NCBI GenBank assembly: GCA_965262725.1
Contig: OZ253555.1
Span: 3,392,001 to 3,456,000 of the forward strand
DNA length: 64,000 bases
Direction of reading: 5' to 3'
Source: Dehalococcoidia bacterium
Lineage (GTDB): Bacteria > Chloroflexota > Dehalococcoidia > UBA2979
The notes below the pieces were generated by a model that saw only the letters and a program-made list of their open reading frames with translations, had not been told where the DNA came from and did not search any database. Positions 19,580-29,728 of this stretch are shown piece after piece. Positions within the stretch are counted from its first letter, which is position 1. Every line of letters starts with the position of its first letter. The translations under genes and the position numbers were made by a program.

Positions 19580-20836
19580 TCATCCGCTTGCCGCCGACCC
19601 GCCCAGCAGATGAAGGATCGTGAGAGCGTAGACAGAGGTGGCGGTGACGAGATCGTCGACGCGCACGACCTCCCCGAATTCAGCATCGTAGGCGGCGTAC
19701 GCCCCGGCCTCGGTGCGGGAGATGCCGGCGGGCCCGTAGGTGATCCCCTGCGCGCCGAGATCGGCGAAGACCCAGTTGTCGCTCGACACACCGTATCGCT
19801 CAGCGTCCGGCTCGACCGGATCCGCACCGGTCACGAGCGCATGCGCAGCGCGGACCTTGCGCGGCAACTCCGCAGCGTGCCCCAGCTCGTAGCCGCGCCC
19901 AACCATGTAGACCGATGCCTCCAGCCGAAGCGAAGGATCGGCCGCGTTCAGCCCGGCGATCAGCTGGTCAAGTTCGCGGCGGACGGTGCGCACGTCGGCG
20001 CCAGGCAGCAGCATGACGTTCACGTAGGCGTCGCAGCGGTTCGCGACGAGGCTCGGCGTGGGCGGCGATCCCGCCTCGATCGCGCCGACATTCACGGTCG
20101 GCCGGATCCTCGGATGCGGGAACCGCCGCTGGTACTCGCTCTCCCACGCGCGGATGCGCGGGAGCACGCGCTCCATCGACGCGATCGCGTCGACGCCGTG
20201 GCGGCGGTAGGCGCTGTGCTGCGTCACGCCGCGGGTCGTCAGCCGCACGAACATGTAGCCGCAATTCGCGGTCTGCACGCGGAGCCCGGTCGGTTCGCCG
20301 TTGATGACGAAGTCCGGCATCAGGCCGTGGCTGGCGAGGTAGCGCGCGCCGTGGCCCGAGCCGCGCACGCTCGCGCCCTGGTACGTGCCGATCGGAGCGC
20401 GCTCGATCTCGCCGACGACGCCCGCCACCAGCAGCTCGCCGCTCAAGCGGACGTCTGCCGCGGCGAGCATGTGTGCAGCCATCCAGTAGCAGGGGAATGC
20501 CGACTTCATGTTCGACGCGCCGAGGCCGGCTATCCATCCGCCGCCGAGCATCTGCGCGGTTGGACGTCCGATGCCGGGAGCGGAGTCCATGTGGCCAAGC
20601 AGGAGGACGGAGGGACCGGGCTCCGCCACCGGCCGGCGCGCGACGACGTTCCGCCGGCCCGCTTCGACCTCCTGCAGCTCGACTGCGAGGCCGAGCTCGG
20701 CGAACCGCGCGGCGAGGTAGTCGCCCACGGGGCCCTCGGAACCGGTGGGGCTGGGAAGCTCGATGAGCGCGCGCGTCATGTCGACGAGCACGTCGCGATC
20801 GAGCCCGGCAAGAACGCGGCGCTCGAGGTCGTCCAT
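19580..20836 (-). CDS. M20-family deacetylase/peptidase (ArgE/DapE-like)
   Basis: SPTGSE, GHMD, GLGASNMK, GEPT. Confidence 0.82.
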   Translation of the reverse strand: MDDLERRVLAGLDRDVLVDMTRALIELPSPTGSEGPVGDYLAARFAELGLAVELQEVEAGRRNVVARRPVAEPGPSVLLLGHMDSAPGIGRPTAQMLGGGWIAGLGASNMKSAFPCYWMAAHMLAAADVRLSGELLVAGVVGEIERAPIGTYQGASVRGSGHGARYLASHGLMPDFVINGEPTGLRVQTANCGYMFVRLTTRGVTQHSAYRRHGVDAIASMERVLPRIRAWESEYQRRFPHPRIRPTVNVGAIEAGSPPTPSLVANRCDAYVNVMLLPGADVRTVRRELDQLIAGLNAADPSLRLEASVYMVGRGYELGHAAELPRKVRAAHALVTGADPVEPDAERYGVSSDNWVFADLGAQGITYGPAGISRTEAGAYAAYDAEFGEVVRVDDLVTATSVYALTILHLLGGSAASG

Positions 20837-20942
20837 CGACACCCCTGACCTCCGGACCGAGACGGCCCGGACTGTACTATCGACCGACCAAGAACGTCAG
20901 CCCGGTGCGCAGGCCGCGCCACCTTCGTGGGAGACCCGCCTC

Positions 20943-22160
20943 GTGAGCAATCGGATCAGCCGCCGCCGCGACAGCCAGCAGTGGATCCTCGACTGGCTGA
21001 CGAAGCGCAGCGGCCGTGTGCAGAACTTCGCCTACGACGAGCGAGTCGTGCCACCCGAGGTGAAGTCCTACGCGATGATCCCGCGCGTAGTCGAGCGCGC
21101 CGCCCGACACGTGGAGCAGGTCGCGCGGGGCGCCGAGGCTGCCGGACACCGCCGAAGCGCCCACGCGCACTACTGGCGCGCTGCGAGCCTCTACCGAGAG
21201 GCCCAGCACGCGATCTTCGCCGACGACGATCCCGAGAAGATCTACCTGCACGGCAAGCTGCTCGCCTGCTACGACCGCGTGATCGCGCTCTCGCCCTATC
21301 CCATCAAGCGCGTCGAGATCCCGTGGGACGGCGTCGAGCTGCAGGCCGTCTTCCACATGACCGGCGAGCGCGGGGCTCCGACGGTGCTCGAGGTCGGCGG
21401 GATGGACCACACCAAGGAGACGTTTCCCGACCCGACCGACAACGCCTTCCTCAGCCGCGGCCTGAACGTCCTCAGCTTCGACGGCCCGGGACAGGGTACG
21501 AGCAACATCCGCAAGATCCGCGTCACCGACGACAACTTCGAGAGGGCTGGGAGCGCGGCCATTGACTGGCTGATCGAGCAGCCCGAGGTCGATCCGGAGC
21601 GCATCGCGGTAAACGGGATCTCGATGGGGTCGCTCTGGGCGATGCGGATAGCGGCGGGCGACCGCCGCGTGGCGGCGCTCGCCACCGCGCTCGCCTGCTT
21701 CACGGCGAAGCGCGCGATCTTCGAGGAGGCGTCACCGCGCTTCAAGCAGGTCTTCATGTACATGTCCGGGATCGAGGACGAGGACGAGTTCGATCGGATG
21801 GCCGCTCGGATGACGATGGACGGACACGCCGGGAGTATCCGGTGCCCCTCCCTCACTGCCTTCGGGGAATACGATCCGCTCGCCCCGCTGGAGGAGGCGC
21901 TGCCAATCTGGGAGCAGCTACCGCGACCCCGTGAACTCTGGCTGTGGGAGGACGACTTCCACTCCTCCACGCGCGTCCACGGGCTCGGCGGCGAAGACGT
22001 GTATCACTACACGGCGGACTGGCTGCGCGACGCGCTTGACGGTCGCGTCGAGCCGGATCGCGACGTGATACGGGTCATCCCGCGCGCCAACGGTGCCGGG
22101 CCGTACGAACCGGCGGTGCGGGGCGTCTATCTCCCGGAGCGGCTCTCGACGGGAAGCTAG
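20943..22160 (+). CDS. Alpha/beta hydrolase (DHPON hydrolase/FrsA-like)
   Basis: GMDHTKE, DGPGQG, GISMGS, GEYDPL. Confidence 0.85.
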   Translation: MSNRISRRRDSQQWILDWLTKRSGRVQNFAYDERVVPPEVKSYAMIPRVVERAARHVEQVARGAEAAGHRRSAHAHYWRAASLYREAQHAIFADDDPEKIYLHGKLLACYDRVIALSPYPIKRVEIPWDGVELQAVFHMTGERGAPTVLEVGGMDHTKETFPDPTDNAFLSRGLNVLSFDGPGQGTSNIRKIRVTDDNFERAGSAAIDWLIEQPEVDPERIAVNGISMGSLWAMRIAAGDRRVAALATALACFTAKRAIFEEASPRFKQVFMYMSGIEDEDEFDRMAARMTMDGHAGSIRCPSLTAFGEYDPLAPLEEALPIWEQLPRPRELWLWEDDFHSSTRVHGLGGEDVYHYTADWLRDALDGRVEPDRDVIRVIPRANGAGPYEPAVRGVYLPERLSTGS

Positions 22161-22279
22161 CAGCGCCGGGAGACAAGCAGGGGCCCACGGGAATCTGCTG
22201 CCGGTTGAACGCGGGCGCGTCGCGGCCTGTCGACAAAGGCGCCTCACGACGGCATCGCCGACGACGGCCGAGCCCGGAT

Positions 22280-22660
22280 GTTCCGGCGTCGAGTTGAAGT
22301 TCCGCGGTCCGCAGCCTGGCTATCTCGCTGATGCGCAGACCGGCGTCGAGCATGAGCGTGAGGATCGCGTAGGCGCGCGCTCCTCAGCCCGACTTGATGT
22401 CGCAGGCGGCGAGCAGGGAGCAGCACACTGGACGGAATGGCTGGGCGGTTCTCTCCGAGTGCACCCTGCCACCCTAGGGCGTGGTACGCGTGCGCACGCC
22501 GCTCATGTATCCCGACGGTGACATCATCGACGTGTTCGTGCAGGCGAGGAGCGGGTGCTGCTCCCGGGCGTGCCGTGTCGTGTTCGGGGACTCTCCCTCG
22601 GTGCGGTTGTGAGAGTCCCAGTAGCCGATGAGATCCCGCAGCGACAGCTGCTCCAGCGGC
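22280..22660 (-). pseudogene. Tyrosine recombinase remnant
   Basis: NRTEGESPNT N-terminal piece and RAYAILTLMLDAGLRISEIARL catalytic-Arg box in broken frames; lies just past the tRNA-Gly fragment. Confidence 0.75.
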
Positions 22661-22691
22661 GAAATGGGAGGTCTCGAACCTAGAACCAGGC

Positions 22692-22714
22692 TCTCACGCC
22701 GCAATGGCGTGAGA
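22692..22714. other. Hairpin immediately 3' of the tRNA-Gly fragment
   Basis: TCTCACGCC-GCAAT-GGCGTGAGA, perfect 9-bp stem. Confidence 0.5.
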
Positions 22715-22716
22715 TG

Positions 22717-22763
22717 TGGAGCGGGAGACGGGATTCGAACCCGCGACCCTCTGCTTGGGAAGC
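22717..22763 (-). other. 3' part of tRNA-Gly(CCC), att-like duplication
   Basis: 44/47 identical to 60044-60090; begins near the anticodon loop, ends in CCA. Confidence 0.9.
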
Positions 22764-22962
22764 GGGCTCTTCTTCGTGCCCCCGAAAACGCTCCGTTTAG
22801 GTTCAAAATCGCCCGATTCGGCTCCCTCTGCACGGTCGAGGCAGTGGGTCGGCTCAGGCACGTCCTTCCAGTTTGGACGCAGGTTATCTGGTTTGGCTTC
22901 CGGTGCCAACGTGGTCCGGCACGAGCCGTAACCCGTGGTGTGCAGCAGTGCTTCCCACGTGC

Positions 22963-24105
22963 TCAGAACGAGGCCCTCCTACTCCTCGACCCGGAGGCCG
23001 CCAGCCGCAAGAACTGCATCCCGGTGAGCTTCAGCGCCTGCTTGCGGTACGCCCGTGAGCACCACTCGCGGCTGACGCCCAGCTCGCCGGCGATCTCGGT
23101 TACCCGCTTCCCCTCGACGTAGCGCGTGAGGAACAAGTGCAACGGCGCCTGAAGCGGTACCTCGCGGGCATGGTCGGCAGCGCGCTGCGCCGCATCCACG
23201 AGCAGCCCGCGCAGAGCCTGGGCCTCCGGCATCGGCGCCAGCGGGTTTGTCCGTTCTCGAACGGCCTCGAGCCCGGTAAGCCGTGAGTCCTGCAGCCAAT
23301 CGAGATCGTGGAGATGCCCGTAGGCCTCCAGCACGTGCTGCAGGAGAGCAGCATCGGGCCGAGAGCGTCGGGACATGACTCGAATCGCCCTGGCCGTGCT
23401 CGTGCCGATCGTCTGCACGCCAGACTCGGCTGGAGCCGAGAGAAAGGAGCTGACGGAAGTGAAGGTGACTCGGTCAATGAACTCCGACGACACGAGGTGC
23501 TGTGTCGCCTTCTTCAGGTCGGCGGCGGCTCTCGCCGTGTCCGCGCAGAGGAACACCTCGTCGAAGGCATCAATGTCCTGCAGATGCGAGTGCAGCCCGC
23601 CAGCGTCGCCGGTCACGATGACCTCGAAGGCGACGGACCGGGCTCCCTTCGGGTCTCCGCCGCCGGGGACCAGGACCGAGACATCCGGTGAATGGTCGGG
23701 CGAGTCGAGCCCTGGGCCGATCTCGACCGCCGCCTCAGGCCACGTGCGACGCGCGTACTCGGCGAGTCTGGTCGCGTAGTAGCGTCGTCGATAGGCACAA
23801 GGGCCTTGAGGCTGGTCTATGCGGACGTCAGCTGCCTCCAAGTGCTCTCGGCCGACGGGCGTGAGTTCGAGCAGCACAGCCTGCCCAGATCGATGGCCCG
23901 TCGAGACGCGATGCGGACGCACGCAGCCCAGTTCAATGAGACGTCGCCGGACCTGGACCCCGTTGTACCGGCTCAGGCCGAGGCGCTGATCGCGCTCCAG
24001 TGCCAGCGAGAAGGGACGACCGGCGACATCCTGGAGGTACGCGAACAATCGCTCGTCTCTCAGAGCCTCGACCGGCGGGTCCGGAATGGACAGTCTACCG
24101 CTCAT
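22963..24105 (-). CDS. Putative wHTH + PD-(D/E)xK-like domain + C-terminal sigma-region-4-like HTH protein
   Basis: RRRLIELG..LELTPVG wing, PDVSV..VAFEV motif, KRVTEIAGELGVSREW HTH. Confidence 0.55.
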   Translation of the reverse strand: MSGRLSIPDPPVEALRDERLFAYLQDVAGRPFSLALERDQRLGLSRYNGVQVRRRLIELGCVRPHRVSTGHRSGQAVLLELTPVGREHLEAADVRIDQPQGPCAYRRRYYATRLAEYARRTWPEAAVEIGPGLDSPDHSPDVSVLVPGGGDPKGARSVAFEVIVTGDAGGLHSHLQDIDAFDEVFLCADTARAAADLKKATQHLVSSEFIDRVTFTSVSSFLSAPAESGVQTIGTSTARAIRVMSRRSRPDAALLQHVLEAYGHLHDLDWLQDSRLTGLEAVRERTNPLAPMPEAQALRGLLVDAAQRAADHAREVPLQAPLHLFLTRYVEGKRVTEIAGELGVSREWCSRAYRKQALKLTGMQFLRLAASGSRSRRASF

Positions 24106-25943
24106 CGGTTGCCCGCCGCGGCGACTTCGCCCGATGGCGGGAGCGCGTGGCGACGCCGGTCTTCGTGCTGGTTCCGCCAGATCGGCCCCGCCAACCCTGC
24201 AGGATCCCGCTCGCCGCGCCACTCACATGTCATCACCAGCGCCAGGTCCGGCGAGACCGACCTCGCCAGGCGTGCCACGCGGGCCTCGGCGCGGCGGTCG
24301 ACGCAGACGAACACCAGCCCGGGCTTCTCAGGAAACGCCCCTCGCCACTCCCGGGCGGCGTAGTAGCGCCGGTACCCCTCGAACTTCGCGCGGTAGTCGC
24401 CGGAATCGAGCGTTCCGCGGTCGTACTCAAGGAGGAATGGTTGCGCCTCCACGCCGCGCACGAGCACACCCGAGGCGTCTGGACGGATCCACGCGATCCG
24501 CCCGTCCTCCGCCACGAAGCGGTGCGTCGACTCCGCTTCGTTTCGCCACTCCGCGAGGCGCCAGCCCGCGGCCCGGGCATCGACGGCCAGACGAGCGGCG
24601 AAGCGGTTCACGCCGAGCGTGTGCTCGCGGTGCCGGACCACTCGCCGGCGGGATGGCTGCTTCGCGGAGACAAAGGTCACTCCCCCGTGCCGCGCGAAGA
24701 TCGCCGGAGGGACGCCAGCCCGAACGGCGATCGACCGCATCCCCAGTTCCGTCAGCAGGTAGCGGGGCTCGTCGACATCGTTCATCCGGCGGGTTCCGGC
24801 TCTCTCCGGCGGTTCAGCGTCGGCACCGATCGCGCCGCACCGAGTGAGTCGCTCCAGGCGGCGCGTGATCAGTCCCCCGGTTCGCTCCTGAGCGCCGCGA
24901 GGTCGGCGATGCTCAGGAGCGGGTGCCGCGCCACCCATTCGATGAGGGTCTTCTCGGACGCGCTTGTCGCGAGCACGAGACCGGCAAGACGTTGCCGGTC
25001 CGGCCCCACCCTCCCGCTCGTCGCCTGATCGAACGCGCGCCTGCTCGGCGATGCGCCGCTGCGGCGGGGCGGCGGCGTGCAGTCGTCGAGCGCCCGCGCG
25101 ATCCGGACCGCGTCCAGAGCCGGTGCCTTCCCCCACCCGAGCTGCTCGACGAGCGGCGCCAGCGCGCGGCCCGGTCGCCACCACCGCGCATCGTCCGCGC
25201 CGGCTGCGTGCAGCTCCTCGCGGGTCGTGAACAACAGGTCGAGACACCCGGGGCCTGCCCCGTCCCGCTTCGCGAGTGCGTCCTCCCACACGCGCCACTC
25301 CCGGGCGGAGGGGCAGATCACGAGCACGGGCGGGAGTCCTTCACGGCCCCACCGCCGGTCGACACGGGCGCTCGCCGCGATCCACCCGGCCAGCCTCCTG
25401 CGGCGATGCACGTCCGGCGCCGACGCGCGGTCCCAGGCCACGAGGAACGGCGCGTGGAGCGGACCCGAGCGGAGGCAGCCGTAGCCCTCGGTGCCTGGGA
25501 GCCACCAGCGCTCGGCCGGAGGCACGGCAAGCGGGAGCGATCGCGCGTCGGCGAGTTGAGCGATACCCGGAGCTCTCAAGGTCGTCGGCGAGGTCGGCGG
25601 CGAAGCGATTCACGCAGGCGGTGATCTCAAGGCGGACCACCCGCCTCAAGAGATCGCGCGGGCGGACCGGGACGGCGTCCGCGAGCGAGGCGAGATCCCG
25701 TCCGCACGCGGCCGCCAGGGCCGGCACCGCCTCGTCCCGCAGGACGGCGAGTCGCCGCGGTTCCAGCTCCGGCGAGGCTGCCGCGACGGTCTCGACCCAC
25801 CCCTGTGCGGAGAGCAGGTGGATGAGCCGGCGGGAGTCGTACTCGTCCACGCCGAGCAGCCCGGCCAACTCCGGCTCGCCGCAGAGGGGGAGCCGTGCGA
25901 TCCACTCCAGAGCCCGCGCGAGACGCGCCGTCTCGTCACGCAT
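24102..25943 (-). pseudogene. Replication-relaxation (Replic_Relax)-family protein with tandem domains and two frameshifts
   Basis: HTLGVNRF, IRPDASG, LEYDRGT..RAKFEGY in the C-terminal unit; degenerate unit (ACVNRF, LVAWDR) N-terminally; frame changes near 25570 and 24880. Confidence 0.75.
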
Positions 25944-27460
25944 GGCGCCCTCGGTGATCGTGGCCGCGGTGGTCGTTGCCGCGGCGTGGTCGCCGGGGGG
26001 TCCGCGGGCTCTCGCGCTGATCCGCCGTGCTCGTCGGAGTCGTGTCGGCGTCACCCGTCCCGGCGGCACTTCCCTGCCCTGCCTCGGCCACCTCCTCCTG
26101 GGACTTCCGCTCGCGTCGATCTGACGAACGCGACGACGAGTGCTCCCAGAGCGCCTGCGTGATCTCCCGCACCACCTGCTCCCGCGGGCGGCCGACGCGT
26201 GCGGCGGAGCGCGCCGCGATCGCCCGGGCCCGGCCCGGGACGGTCGCGGGCGGCGGGTCGACCCGGAACGAGAAGGCCGGCGGGCGGGTGCGGCCGTCTC
26301 ACCAGCGCGCGTAGCAGGTGAAGTCGTCGAGCGAGACGAGGTCGGGGACCTCGATCCCGCCGCCGAGCTCCGGGGTGAGCCGGCGGGCGTCCTCGGCGCT
26401 GACCCCGAACACGGTGAGGCCGTCGGAGTTGGCGAAGATCGTCGGTGCGAGGTTGCGGTCGATGGCGTCGAGCTTCGCGAGCGACTGCGTCACCAGCACG
26501 AAGCTCGCGCCGTACTTGCCGAGCTCGGAGAGCATGCGCGTGTAGTCGACGGCGCCGAGCGTGCTCGACTCGTCGATGAGCCCGATCACCTTCCGCCGGC
26601 GCTCGGGCGGCAGCGCGACCTGCTCCTCGATCAGGAGGCCGAGCAGGTTAAGCAGCGTCGCCCCGACAAGCGAGGCGGCGCCCTCGCCGAGCGCGCCGAC
26701 GGCGGTGTTGACGACGAGCACGCCGCCGTCGCGCACGATCGCGCGCGGATCGAAGGTGGAGCGCGCCTGCCCGAAGACCAGGCGCGAGGCCTCGGTGACC
26801 GTGAAGCGGCCGATCTTCGAGGTGACGGGGTTCGCGGTCTGCTGCTGCAGCACGCGCCCCGCGCGGTCGTAGTTGTCGCGCCACCAGGCGCGCAGCGCCG
26901 GGTCCGGCACCTGATCGAGCACGCGCTCGCGCAGCTCCCGGTCGGTGAGGAGTGGCGCCACATCGAGCAGCGTGAACTGCGCCTCCCTCTCATACCCCCG
27001 GTTCGCGTCGAGCAGCGCGAGCAGCGAGGCCCGCAGCGCGCCCTCCATGCGCGGGCCCCAGTTGGCCGGCCAGAGGCGGTTCATCATCGTGACGATGTGC
27101 TCGGTCGTGCGGTCGCGGTCCGGGAAGAGCGAGACGTCGAGCAGGTTGAGGCCGACCGGCCGCTCCAGGTTCGCGAAGTCGAGGTAGGTCGTGCGGTCCG
27201 CCAGTTCCGACGGCACGGCGTCCAGCACCGCCTCGGCGAGGTCCTGGTGCGGGTCGACCACCACCAGCGCCGTCTCATCCGAGCCCCCGTCGATCCCCTC
27301 CATCACGCGGGCCGCGAGGTGCCTGAGCAGCGTCGACTTGCCGCGCCGCGTCTTCGCGACGATGAGCTGGTTGCGGTGCAGAAGCGGCGCGGGCAGGTGG
27401 ACGGGAGCGCCGCTTCCGTCCGCATCGGCGGCGCCGACGCGCGCGCCGCGCGCCGCGTGA
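25936..27460 (-). pseudogene. VirD4/TraD-like coupling ATPase, 5'-truncated, with in-frame TGA at 26299-26301
   Basis: Walker A AKTRRGKST, VDPHQDL, GLNLL, Walker B IDES, LVTQSLAKL; same frame continues past the stop to 25936. Confidence 0.8.
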
Positions 27461-27477
27461 CCGGGCGCCGGCGGAAG

Positions 27478-27666
27478 CCGCAGCTCAAGCGGCGCACGCT
27501 CACCAACCTCTACAACGCCCGCCCGGCGTGGCTCGCCCACCTCCACCGCGACCTCGACGCCGCCGTGTTCGCCGCCTACGGATGGCCGGAGGCGGGGGAG
27601 CTGGACGCGCTGGGGGACGAGGATCTGCTGGGGCGGCTGCTGGCGTTGAACCTGGAGCGCGCGTGA
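27478..27666 (+). pseudogene. C-terminal tail of an MmeI/YeeA-like (type IIL-like) DNA methyltransferase
   Basis: LKRRTLTNLYNARPAWLAHLHRDLDAAVFAAYGW..LLALNLERA. Confidence 0.8.
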
Positions 27667-27861
27667 CCGTGGCCGTCATCGACGCGGTCTGCGGCCGTAC
27701 GCGGTGCGGGTGACCCATCCCGCGAGAGAGACTGCGCTCCGCTCTATGTTCGAGTCGCGTTCTGAGGTAGACCGGCCTGCGAGATGCTGCCAACGTGTGT
27801 GTAGGGACTGGGCGACTCACCGGGTGCCTCCGGCCCGGACTCTGCCAGCGTTTGGAGCTTG

Positions 27862-28581
27862 ATGCCCAACCGAATGCGCAGCCGAGTTCTGTTCCTCGAC
27901 GACTCCGGGAAGCCCGGAGCTCGTGACGCCACGAAGGCCGTTGTCATCGGCGGCTTCTCCATCCCATCAGAGAACGTCCCCACCCTGAGCCGCAGAATCG
28001 CGGGCGCGAAGTCGCGCTTCTATCCGAACCGTGGGGATCCCGCCAACTGGGAAGTGAAGGCCAGGCGGACGCTCGTACCGAACGAGTGGAAGCGCTCAAA
28101 GAACCGTCAGTTCCTCGCCGAGGCCATGCGCATTCTGGGCGACCTCGACTGCACCGTATACACGGTCAGCATCGACAAGCGCCGGCTCATGCACCCGATG
28201 GAGCTCCGCACGACCGTGCCGCTGCAGATCCAGGGGCTTGTGGAGCACTTCTCGGTGGAGTGCACGACGCGGCACGAGACGGGTCTCATTGTGTCGGACT
28301 GGTCGAACCACGACCTCGATGCCCATGCGGGCCAGAGCGTGGGGAGCTTCGTGATCTCGCGCCACCTGCCGCTCCACCCCACCGTCTACTACGCAAACTC
28401 GCTGAACTCTCATCCGATCCAGGTAGCGGACCTCATAGCGGCTGTCCGACGCCGAGCGATCGAAGGCGATGCGAATCTCCAGCCACTCGACGATCAGCTC
28501 GCGGCCATCACCGGTCCGCACCGCATCGCGGCTACCACCCACACCGGTCGACCGTACACCAACAGAATCGTTCTAATCTGA
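27862..28581 (+). CDS. DUF3800-family protein (predicted RNase H-like fold), intact
   Basis: FLDDSG, WEVK, IVSD, IQVADLIA acidic motifs; GGAG RBS. Confidence 0.85.
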   Translation: MPNRMRSRVLFLDDSGKPGARDATKAVVIGGFSIPSENVPTLSRRIAGAKSRFYPNRGDPANWEVKARRTLVPNEWKRSKNRQFLAEAMRILGDLDCTVYTVSIDKRRLMHPMELRTTVPLQIQGLVEHFSVECTTRHETGLIVSDWSNHDLDAHAGQSVGSFVISRHLPLHPTVYYANSLNSHPIQVADLIAAVRRRAIEGDANLQPLDDQLAAITGPHRIAATTHTGRPYTNRIVLI

Positions 28582-28586
28582 AAGAG

Positions 28587-28616
28587 TTTACAAACGCGGG
28601 TGAGAGAGCCTAATAT
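28587..28616 (+). promoter_or_regulatory. Sigma70-like promoter directly after the DUF3800 stop codon
   Basis: TTTACA-N18-TAATAT, conspicuous in GC-rich DNA. Confidence 0.65.
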
Positions 28617-28621
28617 CAGCA

Positions 28622-28712
28622 GAGCCAGCCGGTTCGGCTAGTAGGCGTAAGCCGAATGCAGCCGACATACCGTGGCAATGGGACCCCGGAACGCACGGGG
28701 TCCCTTTTCTTT
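28622..28712 (+). ncRNA. Candidate DUF3800-associated structured small RNA (~90 nt)
   Basis: Nested stems GCCA/TGGC, CGGT/ACCG, TCGGCT/AGCCGA, AGTA/GAA loop-E motif, GGC-GTAA-GCC GNRA hairpin; bracketed by promoter and terminator. Confidence 0.7.
28680..28712 (+). terminator. Intrinsic terminator
   Basis: GGGACCCCG-GAACGCA-CGGGGTCCC-TTTTCTTT. Confidence 0.85.
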
Positions 28713-28974
28713 GCCCAGAAACCGCCTGGACTTGAGCTGTCTGATAGTAGTTGCCAGTTCCCGCGCGGCACCACGCTCGCTCGATCGACGCCGCCAGCCC
28801 CCGAGTTGAGGGGGTCCTCGTGAGAAAACCAACCGGTCTCAGGCGCATCCCGCTCTTCCTGCTCGTAATCGGCAGGGGTCCGCTCGCGCCGGCCGGGCGA
28901 ACGCCTGAACTCCCCGGTCAGTCGTCGACGGAGAAGATCACGAGGGACAGCAGTTCGAGTTCGGCAGACGGCTC

Positions 28975-29305
28975 CGGCACGGGGCTATCGCGCGTGACGG
29001 TGCGCCGCTACGTCGAGGCGGCGGAGGCGGCCGGCCTCACACCGGGCGGTCCCGAGCCGAGTGAGGAGCAGCTCGCCGCGCTGGCGACGTTGAGCCTCTC
29101 CGGCCCGCGGCCGGCCGAGGCGCCGAGCGAGGAGCTGCTCTCGCCCTGGGCGGAGCGGATCGAGCGCTGGCTCACGGCCGACCGCCTGCAGCTGACGCGC
29201 ATCCAGGAGCTCCTCGCCGGGCGAGGCTGCGAGGTTTCCTACACCACGCTGCGGCGCTTCATCCGGCGACGCGGCTGGCGTCACCGGCAGCCGGTGACCG
29301 TGCGC
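28975..29305 (+). pseudogene. IS21-family IstA N-terminal fragment
   Basis: GLSRVTVRRYVEAA..RLQLTRIQELL..VSYTTLRRF..TVR. Confidence 0.75.
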
Positions 29306-29728
29306 GCCCTCGCCTCCGCCGTGCAGGTGCGTGCCCGCGCCCAGCAGCAGCTGGTCTGGAATCGCACCCGCGAGAGCAACCGACTGCGCAGCGCGCTGCT
29401 GCAGTACTTCCCGGCCGCTCTTCAGGCCTTCCCCGACCTCGCGCACGCGGATGCGCTCTCGGTGCTCGCCGTCGCACCGGAGCCGCTCGCAGCGGCGAAG
29501 CTGACGCGGGCGCAGCTCCGCGCGGCGCTCAGGCGCGGGGGCCGCAAGCGCAACCTGGACACGCGGACGGAGGAGATCCACGAGAAGCTCCGCCTCCGGA
29601 CGCTCCACGTCGCGCCCGCCCTCAGTCAGGCGTTCGCCGACAGCGTGCTCGTCCAGGTCGGGCAGCTCCAGGAGATCAACCGGCAGCTCGAGGGACTGGA
29701 GTCGAAGCTGGCCGCGTCTACCGACTAA

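Noticed and set aside
26299-26301. Selenocysteine or stop-codon recoding at the in-frame TGA of the coupling ATPase
   Set aside because: The gene is also 5'-truncated, neighbours are frameshifted, and TGA is a normal stop elsewhere; a nonsense mutation is simpler
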